From NCBI GenBank assembly GCA_963704755.1, contig OY969938.1:3450001-3482000 (forward strand): 32,000 bases of DNA, read 5' to 3'. The notes beneath the pieces were generated by a model, which saw only the letters and a program-made list of their open reading frames with translations, did not search any database and had not been told where the DNA came from. Source of the stretch: an uncultured Chloroflexia bacterium. GTDB taxonomy: Bacteria; Chloroflexota; Anaerolineae; Anaerolineales; Anaerolineaceae. Shown in pieces: positions 14,717 through 22,858 of this stretch (the stretch's first letter is position 1; each line of letters opens with the position of its first letter). The position numbers and the translations under genes are program-made.

Positions 14717-15849
14717 GCGCCATCGAGGTGCGGCCGGTATCTTCGCGCAAGGAGCGCCAGATTTTCCTGACCTTCCCCTGGCGGATCTATCGGGATGATC
14801 CCTTGTGGGTGCCGCCGCTGCTTCCGGATTGGGCCGAGCGGATCGACCCGGCCCGCGGGGTCTTTTTCAAGCGCGGGGAGGCTGAATGCTTTATCGCCTG
14901 GCGAAACGGTATACCGGTCGGGACGATCTGCGCGGCCGAGGATAAGCAGGCCAATACCGAACGGGGTGCACAGGAATGCGTCTTCGGTTTCTTTAATTTC
15001 ATCCACGATTACACCGTTATGGAGGGCTTGCTGGCCCAGGCCGGCCAGTGGGCCCAGGGGCGCGGCCTGGACACGTTTACCGGGCCGTTCAACCTGGATT
15101 ATGAGGACTCCTACGGGATTTTGGTCGAGGGACGCGACCGGCCACCGGTGCTGATGTGCGGGCACACGCCGGCTTATTACCTGCCCTTCGTCGAGCGTTA
15201 CGGTTTTCGGCCCATCCGGGGCGATAACCTGGCTTTTGCCCTGGATATCCGCCAGGAGACGCCCGCCTTTACCGAGCTGGCTCACATGGCCGGGCGGGTG
15301 CGGGCGCGCAAAAATTTTGTCATCCGGCCGGCCGATCTGATGCACTGGGAGGACGAGCTGGAGCGCATCTACGTGCTGCTGAATACTTCCATGCGTCACC
15401 TACCGGATTACCGCTCCTGGCCGCGCGAGGTGGTGTTCAACAGCCTGGCGCCTTTCCGCACCATCGCCGACCCCGAGTTGATCTTGTTCGCCGAACAGGA
15501 CGGCGAGACGATCGGCTGGTTCCCTGGGCTGCCGAACCTGAACGAGGCCTTCATCCACGCGGATGGGCTGCGCCGGCCGTGGGATTACCTCAAGCTGGGT
15601 TGGTATATGCGCCGTAAGTCGGAATGCCTGACGATCAAGAGCATCCTGGTTCCGCCCGAGCATTGGGGCAGCGGTGTGGTGATCCTGTTCTTCGACGAGA
15701 TGCTCAAACGTGCGCGGGCCAAAGGCTACCGCTGGATCGACGCCTCGCTGACCTCGGACGATAATCCACGCACCCCGCAACTGGCCGAGCGGGTCGGCGC
15801 GAAGATCTACAAGCGCTTCCGGGTGTATAAGAAGAAGATTGTGGAGTAA
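14713..15849 (+). CDS. GNAT-like acyltransferase family protein (about 380 aa, FPWRIYxxDPxWVPPL type)
   Basis: 378-aa ORF. The TTG start overlaps the transporter stop (TTGA). The N-terminal FLTFPWRIYRDDPLWVPPLL matches a recurrent uncharacterised GNAT-related family as I recall it. The function call is weak. Confidence 0.6.
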   Translation: MSAIEVRPVSSRKERQIFLTFPWRIYRDDPLWVPPLLPDWAERIDPARGVFFKRGEAECFIAWRNGIPVGTICAAEDKQANTERGAQECVFGFFNFIHDYTVMEGLLAQAGQWAQGRGLDTFTGPFNLDYEDSYGILVEGRDRPPVLMCGHTPAYYLPFVERYGFRPIRGDNLAFALDIRQETPAFTELAHMAGRVRARKNFVIRPADLMHWEDELERIYVLLNTSMRHLPDYRSWPREVVFNSLAPFRTIADPELILFAEQDGETIGWFPGLPNLNEAFIHADGLRRPWDYLKLGWYMRRKSECLTIKSILVPPEHWGSGVVILFFDEMLKRARAKGYRWIDASLTSDDNPRTPQLAERVGAKIYKRFRVYKKKIVE

Positions 15850-15859
15850 GAGGGGATAA

Positions 15860-15986
15860 CCACGGAGGCACAGAGGGCACGGAGAAGAGATTTTTCAAAA
15901 ACGGAACGGTTCGGCTTCCTAGCCGAAGCTGCTTTTTTACTTTGATCAAGGATATTCACCGCAGAGACGCTGAAGGCGCAGAGAAG
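15860..15986 (+). repeat. CAC-phased low-complexity tracts flanking a weak terminator
   Basis: CCACGGAGGCACAGAGGGCACGGAGAAGAG lies at 15860-15889 and CACCGCAGAGACGCTGAAGGCGCAGAGAAG at 15957-15986. They share the word style of the CA-rich orientation of the octamer family, with different words. Confidence 0.6.
15910..15938 (+). terminator. Weak intrinsic terminator after the GNAT-like gene
   Basis: TTCGGCT / AGCCGAA is a 7-bp stem with a TCCT loop, followed by GCTGCTTTTTT. Confidence 0.45.
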
Positions 15987-16028
15987 AAAAGGGAAAAATT
16001 TTATAAAAAAGAGAAGGTAGGAGGGGGA

Positions 16029-16379
16029 ATGACCCGCCGATCAAACAACTCGACAATCATTACAAACGCACTCGTTTTACGGCATAGCTTGACTGAATCG
16101 GAAGCCAGGCTTTGGCAAGTCCTGCGTATGAACCAACTAAAAAATGTGCATTTTCGACGCCAGTATATCATTGGCCCGTATATCGTCGATTTTTGCGCAC
16201 CGCGCAAGAAGGTCATTGTTGAGCTGGATGGCAGCCAACACCTGGATCAGCAGGAATATGATGGCGAACGTACTTGTTTTCTTGAAGCGCAAGGGTATCG
16301 CGTATTACGTTTTTGGAATAATGAAGTGAAGAATAATCTGGATGCGGTTGTTAAGGCGATTCTCGATGCATTAGAGTAA
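16029..16379 (+). CDS. DUF559 (Vsr-like) endonuclease domain protein
   Basis: LRHSLTESEARLWQVLRMNQLKNVHFRRQYIIGPYIVDFCAPRKKVIVELDGSQH...RVLRFWNNEV is the DUF559 signature. ATG 16029 is preferred, with GGAGG about 6 nt upstream. Confidence 0.85.
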   Translation: MTRRSNNSTIITNALVLRHSLTESEARLWQVLRMNQLKNVHFRRQYIIGPYIVDFCAPRKKVIVELDGSQHLDQQEYDGERTCFLEAQGYRVLRFWNNEVKNNLDAVVKAILDALE

Positions 16380-16388
16380 ATACTGGCC

Positions 16389-16533
16389 CTTCCCTCCAAA
16401 TCGGTTTTTGATTTGGGGGGAAGCGGGGAAGGGGGGCAGAGCGCCGGTGTTACCAGCCCATGGGCTGGTTGATTGGCGTTCTTTGCCTCCTCCTAACCTC
16501 CCCCAAAATCCAAAGTGCGGATTTTAGGGGAGG
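16389..16533. other. Cluster of three hairpins between convergent genes
   Basis: The three hairpins are CTTCCCTCCAAATC / GATTTGGGGGGAAG (16389-16423), ACCAGCCCATGGGCTGGT (16452-16469) and CCTCCCCAAAATCC / GGATTTTAGGGGAGG (16498-16533). None has a clean U-tract, so terminator function is uncertain. Confidence 0.5.
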
Positions 16534-16540
16534 AATTGTG

Positions 16541-18472
16541 CTACAGCGCAGCCGGCTTCCGCTCGGCCTTGCGGAACTGGGTCTGGTAGAGGTGGGCGTA
16601 CATGCCGCCCAGGGCGAGCAGCTCGTTGTGGGTGCCGCGTTCTACCACCTGGCCGCGGTCGATGACCAGGATCAGGTCGGCGGCCAGGATAGTGCTGAGC
16701 CGGTGGGCAATGACGATGCTGGTGCGCTGGGCCATGACCCGCGCCAGGGCATCCTGGATGAGGGACTTGGATTCGCTGTCCAGGCTGCTGGTGGCTTCAT
16801 CCAGCACCAAAATACGCGGGTCCTTGAGAATCACCCGGGCCAGCGCCACGCGCTGTTTCTCGCCGCCGCTCAGGCGGTAGCCGCGCTCGCCTACGATGGT
16901 GTCGTAGCCTTCCGGCAGGTCGCTGATAAAGTCGTGAATGTTGGCCGCCCGGCAGGCTTCCTCTAGGTCAGCCTGGGTCGCGTCCAGGCGGGCATAGAGC
17001 AGGTTGGTGCGGATGGTATCGTGGAACAGAAAGGTCTCCTGGGTGACCATGCCGATCTGGTCAGACAGGCTGTCGAGGGACAAATCGCGCAGGTCGTGCC
17101 CATCGATCAGGATACGGCCCTGGCTGGGATCGTACAGACGCGGGATCAGGTAGGTTGTAGTGGTTTTACCGGCGCCGCTGGGACCGACCAGAGCGGCCAG
17201 CTTGCCCGGCTCGACCCGGAAGCTGACGTGGTCCAGGGCGCTGCTGCGGGCCTGGCTGTGCGCCGTACCTTCCTCGCGGTCAGCCCTGGCCTTTCCGTTG
17301 GAAAGGACGGTGGTGACGTTATCCATGCTGCCGTAGCGATGGACGTCGCTGAGCAGCTTCTCGTCGCCGGCCTGGTACTGGAAGCTCACGTCGTCGAAGA
17401 CGATCTCGCCGCGCACGGTATCGAGCGCCAGGGCATCGGGCTTCTCGGGAATATCCACCGGCAGGTCGATCACCTCGAAGACTCGCTCGAAGCTGACCAT
17501 CGAGGTTGCAAAATCGACTGGGGCGTTGGCCAGGCTTTGCAGGGCGGAATACAAACTCCCCAGGTAGGAACCAAAAGCCACGATGGTTCCGATGGTGAAG
17601 GCGCCCTGGATAACGTAATAGCCACCCAGTCCATAAATCAGGGCCGTGCCCACCGCGGTCAGCAGGCCGATGATGGCGAAGAAGATCGAGCCGGTGATGG
17701 CCCGCTGAATGCCCAGGTTGCGCACCTCGACCGCCCGGCCGCTGAAGCGTTCGACCTCCAGCGTCTTGCGGCCGAATAGTTTGACCAACAAAGCCCCACC
17801 GATGTTGAGCGTCTCGTTCATCATGGCGTTCATTTTGGCGTTGGCTTCCAATTGCATGCGGGCGATGTCGCGCAGGCGCGTACCCAGTTTGCGCGCGGCG
17901 AAAATAAACAGGGGCAGGATGACCGCGGCGATGAGGGTCAGCCGCCATTCCAGGGTCAGCATGACCACCAGGACGGCGATCGCCTGGATCGAATTGGTGA
18001 TGATGCTGACAATGGTGTTGCTAATGGCATTTTGAGCCCCAACCACGTCGTTGTTCAGGCGGCTCATCAACTCGCCGACTTTGGTGTTGGTAAAGAAGCG
18101 CAGCGACATGCGCTGCAGGCCGGAGTAGAGCACCACGCGCAGATCGTAGATGACCCCTTCGCCGACACGCGCGTTCAACTGGCGTTGGATGACCGAAAGC
18201 CCGCCGTTGATGATCGGGATGGCTAACAACGCCAGGGCCAGCAGGACCAGGCGCTGGATGTTTTTGGAGGGGATGGTGTGGTCGATCATGTCGCGCATAA
18301 TCAGCGGGTTGAGCAGGGTCAAACCGGTGCTGGCCAGGATCAGCACCAGCATGCTGAAGATTTGTAAGCGATAAGGCTTCGCATAGCCGAGAACCCGTTT
18401 CAATAAAGGCCAGGTTACTTTGGGTTTTTCGTCGGTGGAAGTCATAACCCCGTGCAGGGCATGCATGTGCAT
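16541..18472 (-). CDS. ABC exporter, fused permease and ATPase (MsbA/type I exporter-like)
   Basis: The N-terminal half has six hydrophobic helices. The ATPase half has Walker A GPSGAGKTT, signature LSGGEKQR and Walker B ILVLDEATS. Start 18472 (GAGG 8 nt upstream) or 18445 is preferred over the track start at 18634. Confidence 0.9.
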   Translation of the reverse strand: MHMHALHGVMTSTDEKPKVTWPLLKRVLGYAKPYRLQIFSMLVLILASTGLTLLNPLIMRDMIDHTIPSKNIQRLVLLALALLAIPIINGGLSVIQRQLNARVGEGVIYDLRVVLYSGLQRMSLRFFTNTKVGELMSRLNNDVVGAQNAISNTIVSIITNSIQAIAVLVVMLTLEWRLTLIAAVILPLFIFAARKLGTRLRDIARMQLEANAKMNAMMNETLNIGGALLVKLFGRKTLEVERFSGRAVEVRNLGIQRAITGSIFFAIIGLLTAVGTALIYGLGGYYVIQGAFTIGTIVAFGSYLGSLYSALQSLANAPVDFATSMVSFERVFEVIDLPVDIPEKPDALALDTVRGEIVFDDVSFQYQAGDEKLLSDVHRYGSMDNVTTVLSNGKARADREEGTAHSQARSSALDHVSFRVEPGKLAALVGPSGAGKTTTTYLIPRLYDPSQGRILIDGHDLRDLSLDSLSDQIGMVTQETFLFHDTIRTNLLYARLDATQADLEEACRAANIHDFISDLPEGYDTIVGERGYRLSGGEKQRVALARVILKDPRILVLDEATSSLDSESKSLIQDALARVMAQRTSIVIAHRLSTILAADLILVIDRGQVVERGTHNELLALGGMYAHLYQTQFRKAERKPAAL

Positions 18473-18607
18473 TTGGCGCCTCGTTCGATCTGGAAATAGG
18501 AGAATTTTGTCTGAATTGAAGAATACCACATAATTTTCCTGCCCGCCTTCACCCGATCGGCCAGGGTTGGGGCAATCGCATCGGGGTGATTCCTTCCCCA
18601 TAAGCAA

Positions 18608-18660
18608 ATTTTTTTGGGTGCTGCTATGCGGCAAAGCCGCATAGCAGCACCCAAAAAAAT
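18608..18660. repeat. Perfect 25-bp-arm palindrome with AAA loop
   Basis: A TTTTTTT GGGTGCTGCTATGCGGC AAA GCCGCATAGCAGCACCC AAAAAAA T. The T-run precedes the stem and the A-run follows it on both strands. It lies between the divergent ABC exporter and cupin genes. Confidence 0.9.
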
Positions 18661-18942
18661 AGTTCTTCTATTTCTGGCGGGGGGCCAAAAAGGCCTAAAT
18701 GGAATATGCCCGGCAAAAACAGGACCGGTGCAATTGTCCTTCCCACCTGGTAGAGGGGGCTTCCTCGCGGATGGGTAAAGCGATGTATACTGGAATAAAT
18801 TCTCGAAGAAACTTTTCAGACCCCTGATAAAGACCGCTGAAATTGAAGTGTTTACGGAAGCAGCGCCTCCGCAAACACCGCGAATTCGGAATTAATACCC
18901 GTTGGGGAAAACAGTTTCTTCTCGAAAAAACCGGAGGTGCTC

Positions 18943-19302
18943 ATGGACGTGGTCAATTTGGAAGCTAAATTCCAATTATTTTCCGAGTATTGGAGCCCCA
19001 AAATCGTGGGCGAACTGAACGGCCAGTACGTCAAGCTGGCCAAGCTCAAAGGCGAGTTCGTCTGGCACCATCACGACCTGGAAGACGAGCTGTTCCTGGT
19101 GGTGAAAGGTGAATTGCGCATCAAGCTGCACGATGGCGATCGAACCATCCGGGCCGGTGAGTTTTTCATCGTCCCCAAGGGCGTCGAGCACTGCCCGCTG
19201 GCCGAGGAAGAATGTTGGGTGGCCCTGCTGGAGCCGGCCGCGACGCTCAACACCGGCAACGTCCAGGACGAGCACACCATCGAAAACCCCGACTGGCTGT
19301 AG
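18943..19302 (+). CDS. Cupin domain protein
   Basis: GEFVWHHHDLEDELFLVVKGELRIKLHDGDRTIRAGEFFIVPKGVEHCP carries the two cupin motifs. ATG 18943 is preferred, with GGAGG 5 nt upstream. Confidence 0.8.
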   Translation: MDVVNLEAKFQLFSEYWSPKIVGELNGQYVKLAKLKGEFVWHHHDLEDELFLVVKGELRIKLHDGDRTIRAGEFFIVPKGVEHCPLAEEECWVALLEPAATLNTGNVQDEHTIENPDWL

Positions 19303-19309
19303 GCCTGTC

Positions 19310-19364
19310 TTTAAAGGGGTTTTATCCCTAGCAGCCTGGCTGCTGGGGATAAAACCCCTTTAAA
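19310..19364. terminator. Hairpin between convergent genes, probable bidirectional terminator
   Basis: TTTAAAGGGGTTTTATCCC (19310-19328) pairs perfectly with GGGATAAAACCCCTTTAAA (19346-19364), with a nested AGCAGCC/GGCTGCT hairpin. It abuts the nitroreductase stop codon. Confidence 0.6.
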
Positions 19365-20483
19365 TCAAGCCATCACCTGAGCGACCGTCCGGCGCAGCGA
19401 ACGAGGCATTTCATCGGCGTAGCCGAAGCGGGCCAGCAGTTGCGGATAGGCCGCGCCCAGTCCCAGACTCTGTCCGAGTGTGGCGCGGATGTCGCCGACC
19501 TCGACGGGCTGGTTCATGAAGGCGGTCTTGATCCCCAGGGTCGTGGCCGTCAGGGCGAAGCGCTCGTAGGTCTGCCCGCATTTCACCCAGGCGCTGCGGT
19601 CGTCCTGCTCGGAGGTAAACAGGACCAGCCCGGGGGAGCTGCGCAGCTTTTTCTCGTCCTGGGCCGCCATCTCTTTAGGCCCGCTGAGCGAGAGAAAAAT
19701 TTTGCCGATCCAGCGCGGGACGGTGGGGTTGCCGGAGCAGCGCGTAAACAGCCCATCCAGGCTGCGGGTGGCTTCGGCGGTATTGAAGCGCAGCCAGGTA
19801 ATCAGTTCGTCCAGGAAGGCGTTATCGGCGTATTGGACCTGGTCGGCCGCCTCGACCGCCTCGACCAGGATGTCCATCGCATCGCCGGGGGCATAAAAAT
19901 GCATCCCGATCCCCGCTTCGGCGGGTACGGCGGCGAGCCGGCTCAGTTCGGTATCCGGCAGCGGTTGGCTGTCGTATTCACTGCGAGTAGACTGGCGCAG
20001 CGGGATGGCGGCGAATAGTGGATTGGCTGGCGGATGGCTATTTTGAAAGGTTACCTGCAGGCCGTCGGGGTCATCCGCCGGAAAATATTCGGCTGAAGGT
20101 TGGTAACCATCCGCCTGGGCCGCCAGGATCAGGTTCTCCAGGGCGGCGCCCAGGCTGATGAAAAGCTCACGGTCGGCGGGATCCACCACCGCGAGCCGGC
20201 GGTCGAAGTCCGCCCGCAGGGTAATCTGGCGGCCCTGGCTGAGAAATTTCCAGGGTTGGGCGTTATGGCCGTTGGGCGCCAGGGTGGCGGCGTGGATCCA
20301 GGAGGTTGGGTTCGCCGGATCGCCGCCAGAACCGTCCAGGCTCCAGGTAGAGTCAACCGCGCTGGCGTAAGGCGAAGGTGAACAGGCGGCCAGGGTCGGC
20401 GTCAATGCCGCGCCGGCCAGCGCCAGGCCGGAATAGCGCAGAAATTCTCTACGCGTCATGGCTGGGTTTAAACTGAATTTCAT
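19365..20483 (-). CDS. Tat-exported nitroreductase-family protein
   Basis: MTRREFLRYSGLALAGAALTPTLAACS is a twin-arginine signal. NGHNAQPWKF and the overall length fit the nitroreductase fold. The start is uncertain (20513 GTG, 20483 ATG or 20459 ATG), and it overlaps or abuts the upstream TetR gene. Confidence 0.75.
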   Translation of the reverse strand: MKFSLNPAMTRREFLRYSGLALAGAALTPTLAACSPSPYASAVDSTWSLDGSGGDPANPTSWIHAATLAPNGHNAQPWKFLSQGRQITLRADFDRRLAVVDPADRELFISLGAALENLILAAQADGYQPSAEYFPADDPDGLQVTFQNSHPPANPLFAAIPLRQSTRSEYDSQPLPDTELSRLAAVPAEAGIGMHFYAPGDAMDILVEAVEAADQVQYADNAFLDELITWLRFNTAEATRSLDGLFTRCSGNPTVPRWIGKIFLSLSGPKEMAAQDEKKLRSSPGLVLFTSEQDDRSAWVKCGQTYERFALTATTLGIKTAFMNQPVEVGDIRATLGQSLGLGAAYPQLLARFGYADEMPRSLRRTVAQVMA

Positions 20484-21252
20484 AAGGTTTACTCGATGTG
20501 GATTGTGTTCCACTGCTTTCTTGGGATGCGGGGGCGTCGAACAGGTCTGGGGGGACGTCCTGGTAGCCGGCCCGGCTGAGCAGGGTGTGGATTTCCTGGC
20601 GGTAAAGGTCGCCGGCGTCCGGCAGGAGTGTATCCAGGTGGCCGTAGGCCTCCAGCGAGATGATACCGTGCAGGCGCGTCCAGCCCGCCAGGGCCAGGTA
20701 GACCAGCGCGGGCGTAACGCCTGCGGCGCGATCCTGGGCGATCTTTTGCAGTTGGCGGGCCAGCCCGGGCGGAAAATTCTCGGGAAGCGCGGGGACCTGG
20801 GCAGCGCCGGCCTGGCCGGCTGCCAGGATCAGGTCGATAAAGATGTCCAGGCCGTGTTTGGCGTCCAGGTGAAAGATTTGGGTATCGGGGTTGAAGCCGA
20901 CCACCGGCGCGCCATAGACCAGGGAGTATTTCTCCGGGTTGTCCAGCGCCCAGGTGCGAAAGGCCTGGCAGGCCGTGGCCATGCGCCGGGCGTGCCGATC
21001 AGCGGGCACTGCCCGCAGGGCCGTTTCGATGAATTCGTTGATCGAGCGGAAGGCATCCTGGCTCAGGTCGCTGAGCAGCGCGTCGCGATTGGGGAAGTAG
21101 CGGAAGATGGCCGGTGAGCTCATGCGCATCTCACGGCTGATGGCGCGCAAGGATAGGTCCGCCGGGCCGACCTGGGCAAGCTGCTGCCAGGCCAGGCTGC
21201 GGATTTCCAGAATGGTTTCTTCCCGCCGTTCTTCGCGTCGTGATTTGTTCAT
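20449..21252 (-). CDS. TetR/AcrR family transcriptional regulator
   Basis: ILEIRSLAWQQLAQVGPADLSLRAISREMRMSSPAIFRYFPNRDALL is the TetR N-terminal helix-turn-helix. It is the first gene of a two-gene minus-strand unit with the nitroreductase. Confidence 0.85.
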   Translation of the reverse strand: MNKSRREERREETILEIRSLAWQQLAQVGPADLSLRAISREMRMSSPAIFRYFPNRDALLSDLSQDAFRSINEFIETALRAVPADRHARRMATACQAFRTWALDNPEKYSLVYGAPVVGFNPDTQIFHLDAKHGLDIFIDLILAAGQAGAAQVPALPENFPPGLARQLQKIAQDRAAGVTPALVYLALAGWTRLHGIISLEAYGHLDTLLPDAGDLYRQEIHTLLSRAGYQDVPPDLFDAPASQESSGTQSTSSKPYEIQFKPSHDA

Positions 21253-21274
21253 GGTACCCTCGTTTGTTATCGCC

Positions 21275-21307
21275 GCTTATAATGTTATCGTTGATAACAT
21301 TATAAGC
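21275..21307. promoter_or_regulatory. Probable TetR operator: perfect 15-bp inverted repeat
   Basis: GCTTATAATGTTATC gtt GATAACATTATAAGC lies 23 nt upstream of the TetR start codon. Each arm contains TATAAT. Confidence 0.7.
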
Positions 21308-21326
21308 AGTTTTTGCCTTCCGTCAA
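21299..21326 (-). promoter_or_regulatory. Sigma-70-like promoter for the TetR-nitroreductase unit
   Basis: On the minus strand, TTGACG (21326-21321) is separated by a 16-nt spacer from TATAAT (21304-21299). The -10 hexamer is inside the operator palindrome. Confidence 0.6.
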
Positions 21327-21344
21327 GGATATAGTTTATGTGGA

Positions 21345-21447
21345 CGCACGAAGAAGTTCCCGAATTTGAGGTACGCGCGAGGGCTCCGCCCCCGCGCGTA
21401 CCTCAAATTCGGGTTATTCATAACCGGAGCTTGAATAGTTACCAAAT
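21345..21447 (+). repeat. MITE/REP-like hairpin element, family B, copy 1
   Basis: CCCGAATTTGAGGTACGCGCG (21359-21379) pairs perfectly with CGCGCGTACCTCAAATTCGGG (21393-21413). The right flank GGAGCTTGAATAGTTAC is shared with copy 2. Confidence 0.8.
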
Positions 21448-21512
21448 CCCTATCCTTTCCGGTGATTCCCCGCTAAAATCCGGTGTGATTATTTCAATGG
21501 AGCTTTACATAA

Positions 21513-22490
21513 ATGAATGCCAATAACACTTCTGTGACCAGGGGCTATCCAATTGCCGTGCTTGCCGCGGTGGTCCTCTCCACCACGGCCATCCTGGTGC
21601 GGATTCTTTCGGCCAATTACCAGATGCCGGCCCTGGTGCTGGCTTTCTGGCGGGACGTGTTCGCCGCCTTGAGCATGGCGCTCTTCTTCGCCCTGTTCCG
21701 GCGGAAGCTGTTCCGCGTACAGGCCAAACATTTGCCTTATTTAGTGGCTTTCGGGCTGCTGCTGGCTGCCTTCAACGCACTGTGGACCCACTCGGTGGCG
21801 ATCAATGGGGCGGCGGTCTCGAATGTGCTGGTGTATTGTTCCACGGCGTTTACGGCTTTGCTGGGCTGGTGGCTGCTGAAAGAACGCCTGACGCCGGTCA
21901 AGATCGTCGCGGTCTTGCTCTGCATCGCCGGCAGCGCTTTTGTCTCCAACGCGGTGGACCCGTCTGCCTGGAATTCGAACTGGGTCGGCATCACTATCGG
22001 GGTGCTGTCCGGGTTGGGCTATGCCGGCTACAGCCTGATGGGGCGCTCGGCATCGCAACGTGGGTTGAACTCGTGGACCGCCTTGTTCTATGCCTTTGGT
22101 TTCGCCGCGATCTTCCTGGGGCTGTTCAACCTGGCCCCGCTGCACCTGCCGGGGGCGGCTGCCCGGCCGGCCGATTTTATGTGGCTGGGGAGCAGTTGGT
22201 CGGGGTGGGGCGTGATGATCCTGCTGGCAGCCGGCCCGACAGTGATGGGCTACGGGCTGTACAACCTCAGCATGGTCTATTTGCCCTCCAGCACCGCCAA
22301 CCTGATCGTCACCTTCGAGCCGGCCATTACCGTGGTCACGGCCTATTTTCTGCTGGGCGAGCGCATGAGCCTGGGCCAGTTGGCCGGTGGGGTATTGATC
22401 CTGGCCGGGGTGGTGGTGATGCGGATCTTCGGCGAGCGCGGGCAGGCGCCGGGAAACGAACCGGCCTTGCAAGGCGCGGTCGAGCCGTAA
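21513..22490 (+). CDS. EamA/DMT superfamily permease
   Basis: 325-aa ORF with ten hydrophobic segments arranged as two EamA-like halves. The soluble C-terminal tail is short. Confidence 0.8.
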   Translation: MNANNTSVTRGYPIAVLAAVVLSTTAILVRILSANYQMPALVLAFWRDVFAALSMALFFALFRRKLFRVQAKHLPYLVAFGLLLAAFNALWTHSVAINGAAVSNVLVYCSTAFTALLGWWLLKERLTPVKIVAVLLCIAGSAFVSNAVDPSAWNSNWVGITIGVLSGLGYAGYSLMGRSASQRGLNSWTALFYAFGFAAIFLGLFNLAPLHLPGAAARPADFMWLGSSWSGWGVMILLAAGPTVMGYGLYNLSMVYLPSSTANLIVTFEPAITVVTAYFLLGERMSLGQLAGGVLILAGVVVMRIFGERGQAPGNEPALQGAVEP

Positions 22491-22640
22491 AAGGCCGCCC
22501 GGGATTGTTTTAATTTATTGGGTCTTGCGTTATAAACGGGATAATACCCGGATTTGAAGTTTCTTAAGTAAGGGCTGTAACAACAAGAGCCATTCAGTAA
22601 TGTGCGGAATGGCCCATTCGTATCGACGTACTTTTGGTTT

Positions 22641-22761
22641 GAGAGTGTTGAAAAAGTCGCTTTTCATCATCCGGATTGGGGGATATGTGATGGGGCGGCG
22701 AAGCCGCCCCATCACATATCCCCCAATAATTTTTATATGAAGGCGTTTTTCGGCACGCTCC
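22641..22761 (+). repeat. MITE-like element, family D, copy 1
   Basis: The ends GAGAGTGTTGAAAAAG and CGTTTTTCGGCACGCTCC are imperfect terminal inverted repeats. The central hairpin at 22678-22724 has a perfect 22-bp stem capped by GCGAAGC. Confidence 0.8.
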
Positions 22762-22772
22762 CGGTTTCTTCC

Positions 22773-22801
22773 TTGACGCAAGTGTGTATTCCTATTATAA
22801 T
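22773..22801 (+). promoter_or_regulatory. Sigma-70-like promoter for the second TetR operon
   Basis: TTGACG (22773-22778), a 17-nt spacer, then TATAAT (22796-22801). It lies about 58 nt upstream of ATG 22859. Confidence 0.6.
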
Positions 22802-22834
22802 GCACAATATATCAAAATATGTGCAATATATGCA
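22801..22834. promoter_or_regulatory. Candidate TetR operator (imperfect inverted repeats)
   Basis: TGCACAATAT atcaaa ATATGTGCA overlaps TGCAATATATGCA, immediately downstream of the -10 hexamer. Confidence 0.45.
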
Positions 22835-22858
22835 AAACACTTGAACGCGAGGCCAAGA

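Noticed and set aside
18473-18634. N-terminal extension of the ABC exporter ORF to 18634
   Set aside because: The extension reads through the 53-nt palindrome and has no transporter-like sequence. Typical exporters begin near the KPKVTWPLLKRVL segment, and GAGG precedes ATG 18472. Similar track extensions were trimmed at 7396, 12108, 13220, 15942, 22784, 26805 and 29278.
18608-18660. Bidirectional intrinsic terminator
   Set aside because: The T-run precedes the stem and the A-run follows it on both strands, so no U-tract follows the hairpin in either transcript. The site is also upstream of both flanking genes.
21338-21526. Small ORFs sharing PQIR..NRSLNSY (21338-21526 and 26936-27127)
   Set aside because: The shared peptide is the translation of the conserved right flank of the family B repeat, and the ORFs read through the perfect hairpin. 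The similarity is at the DNA level.
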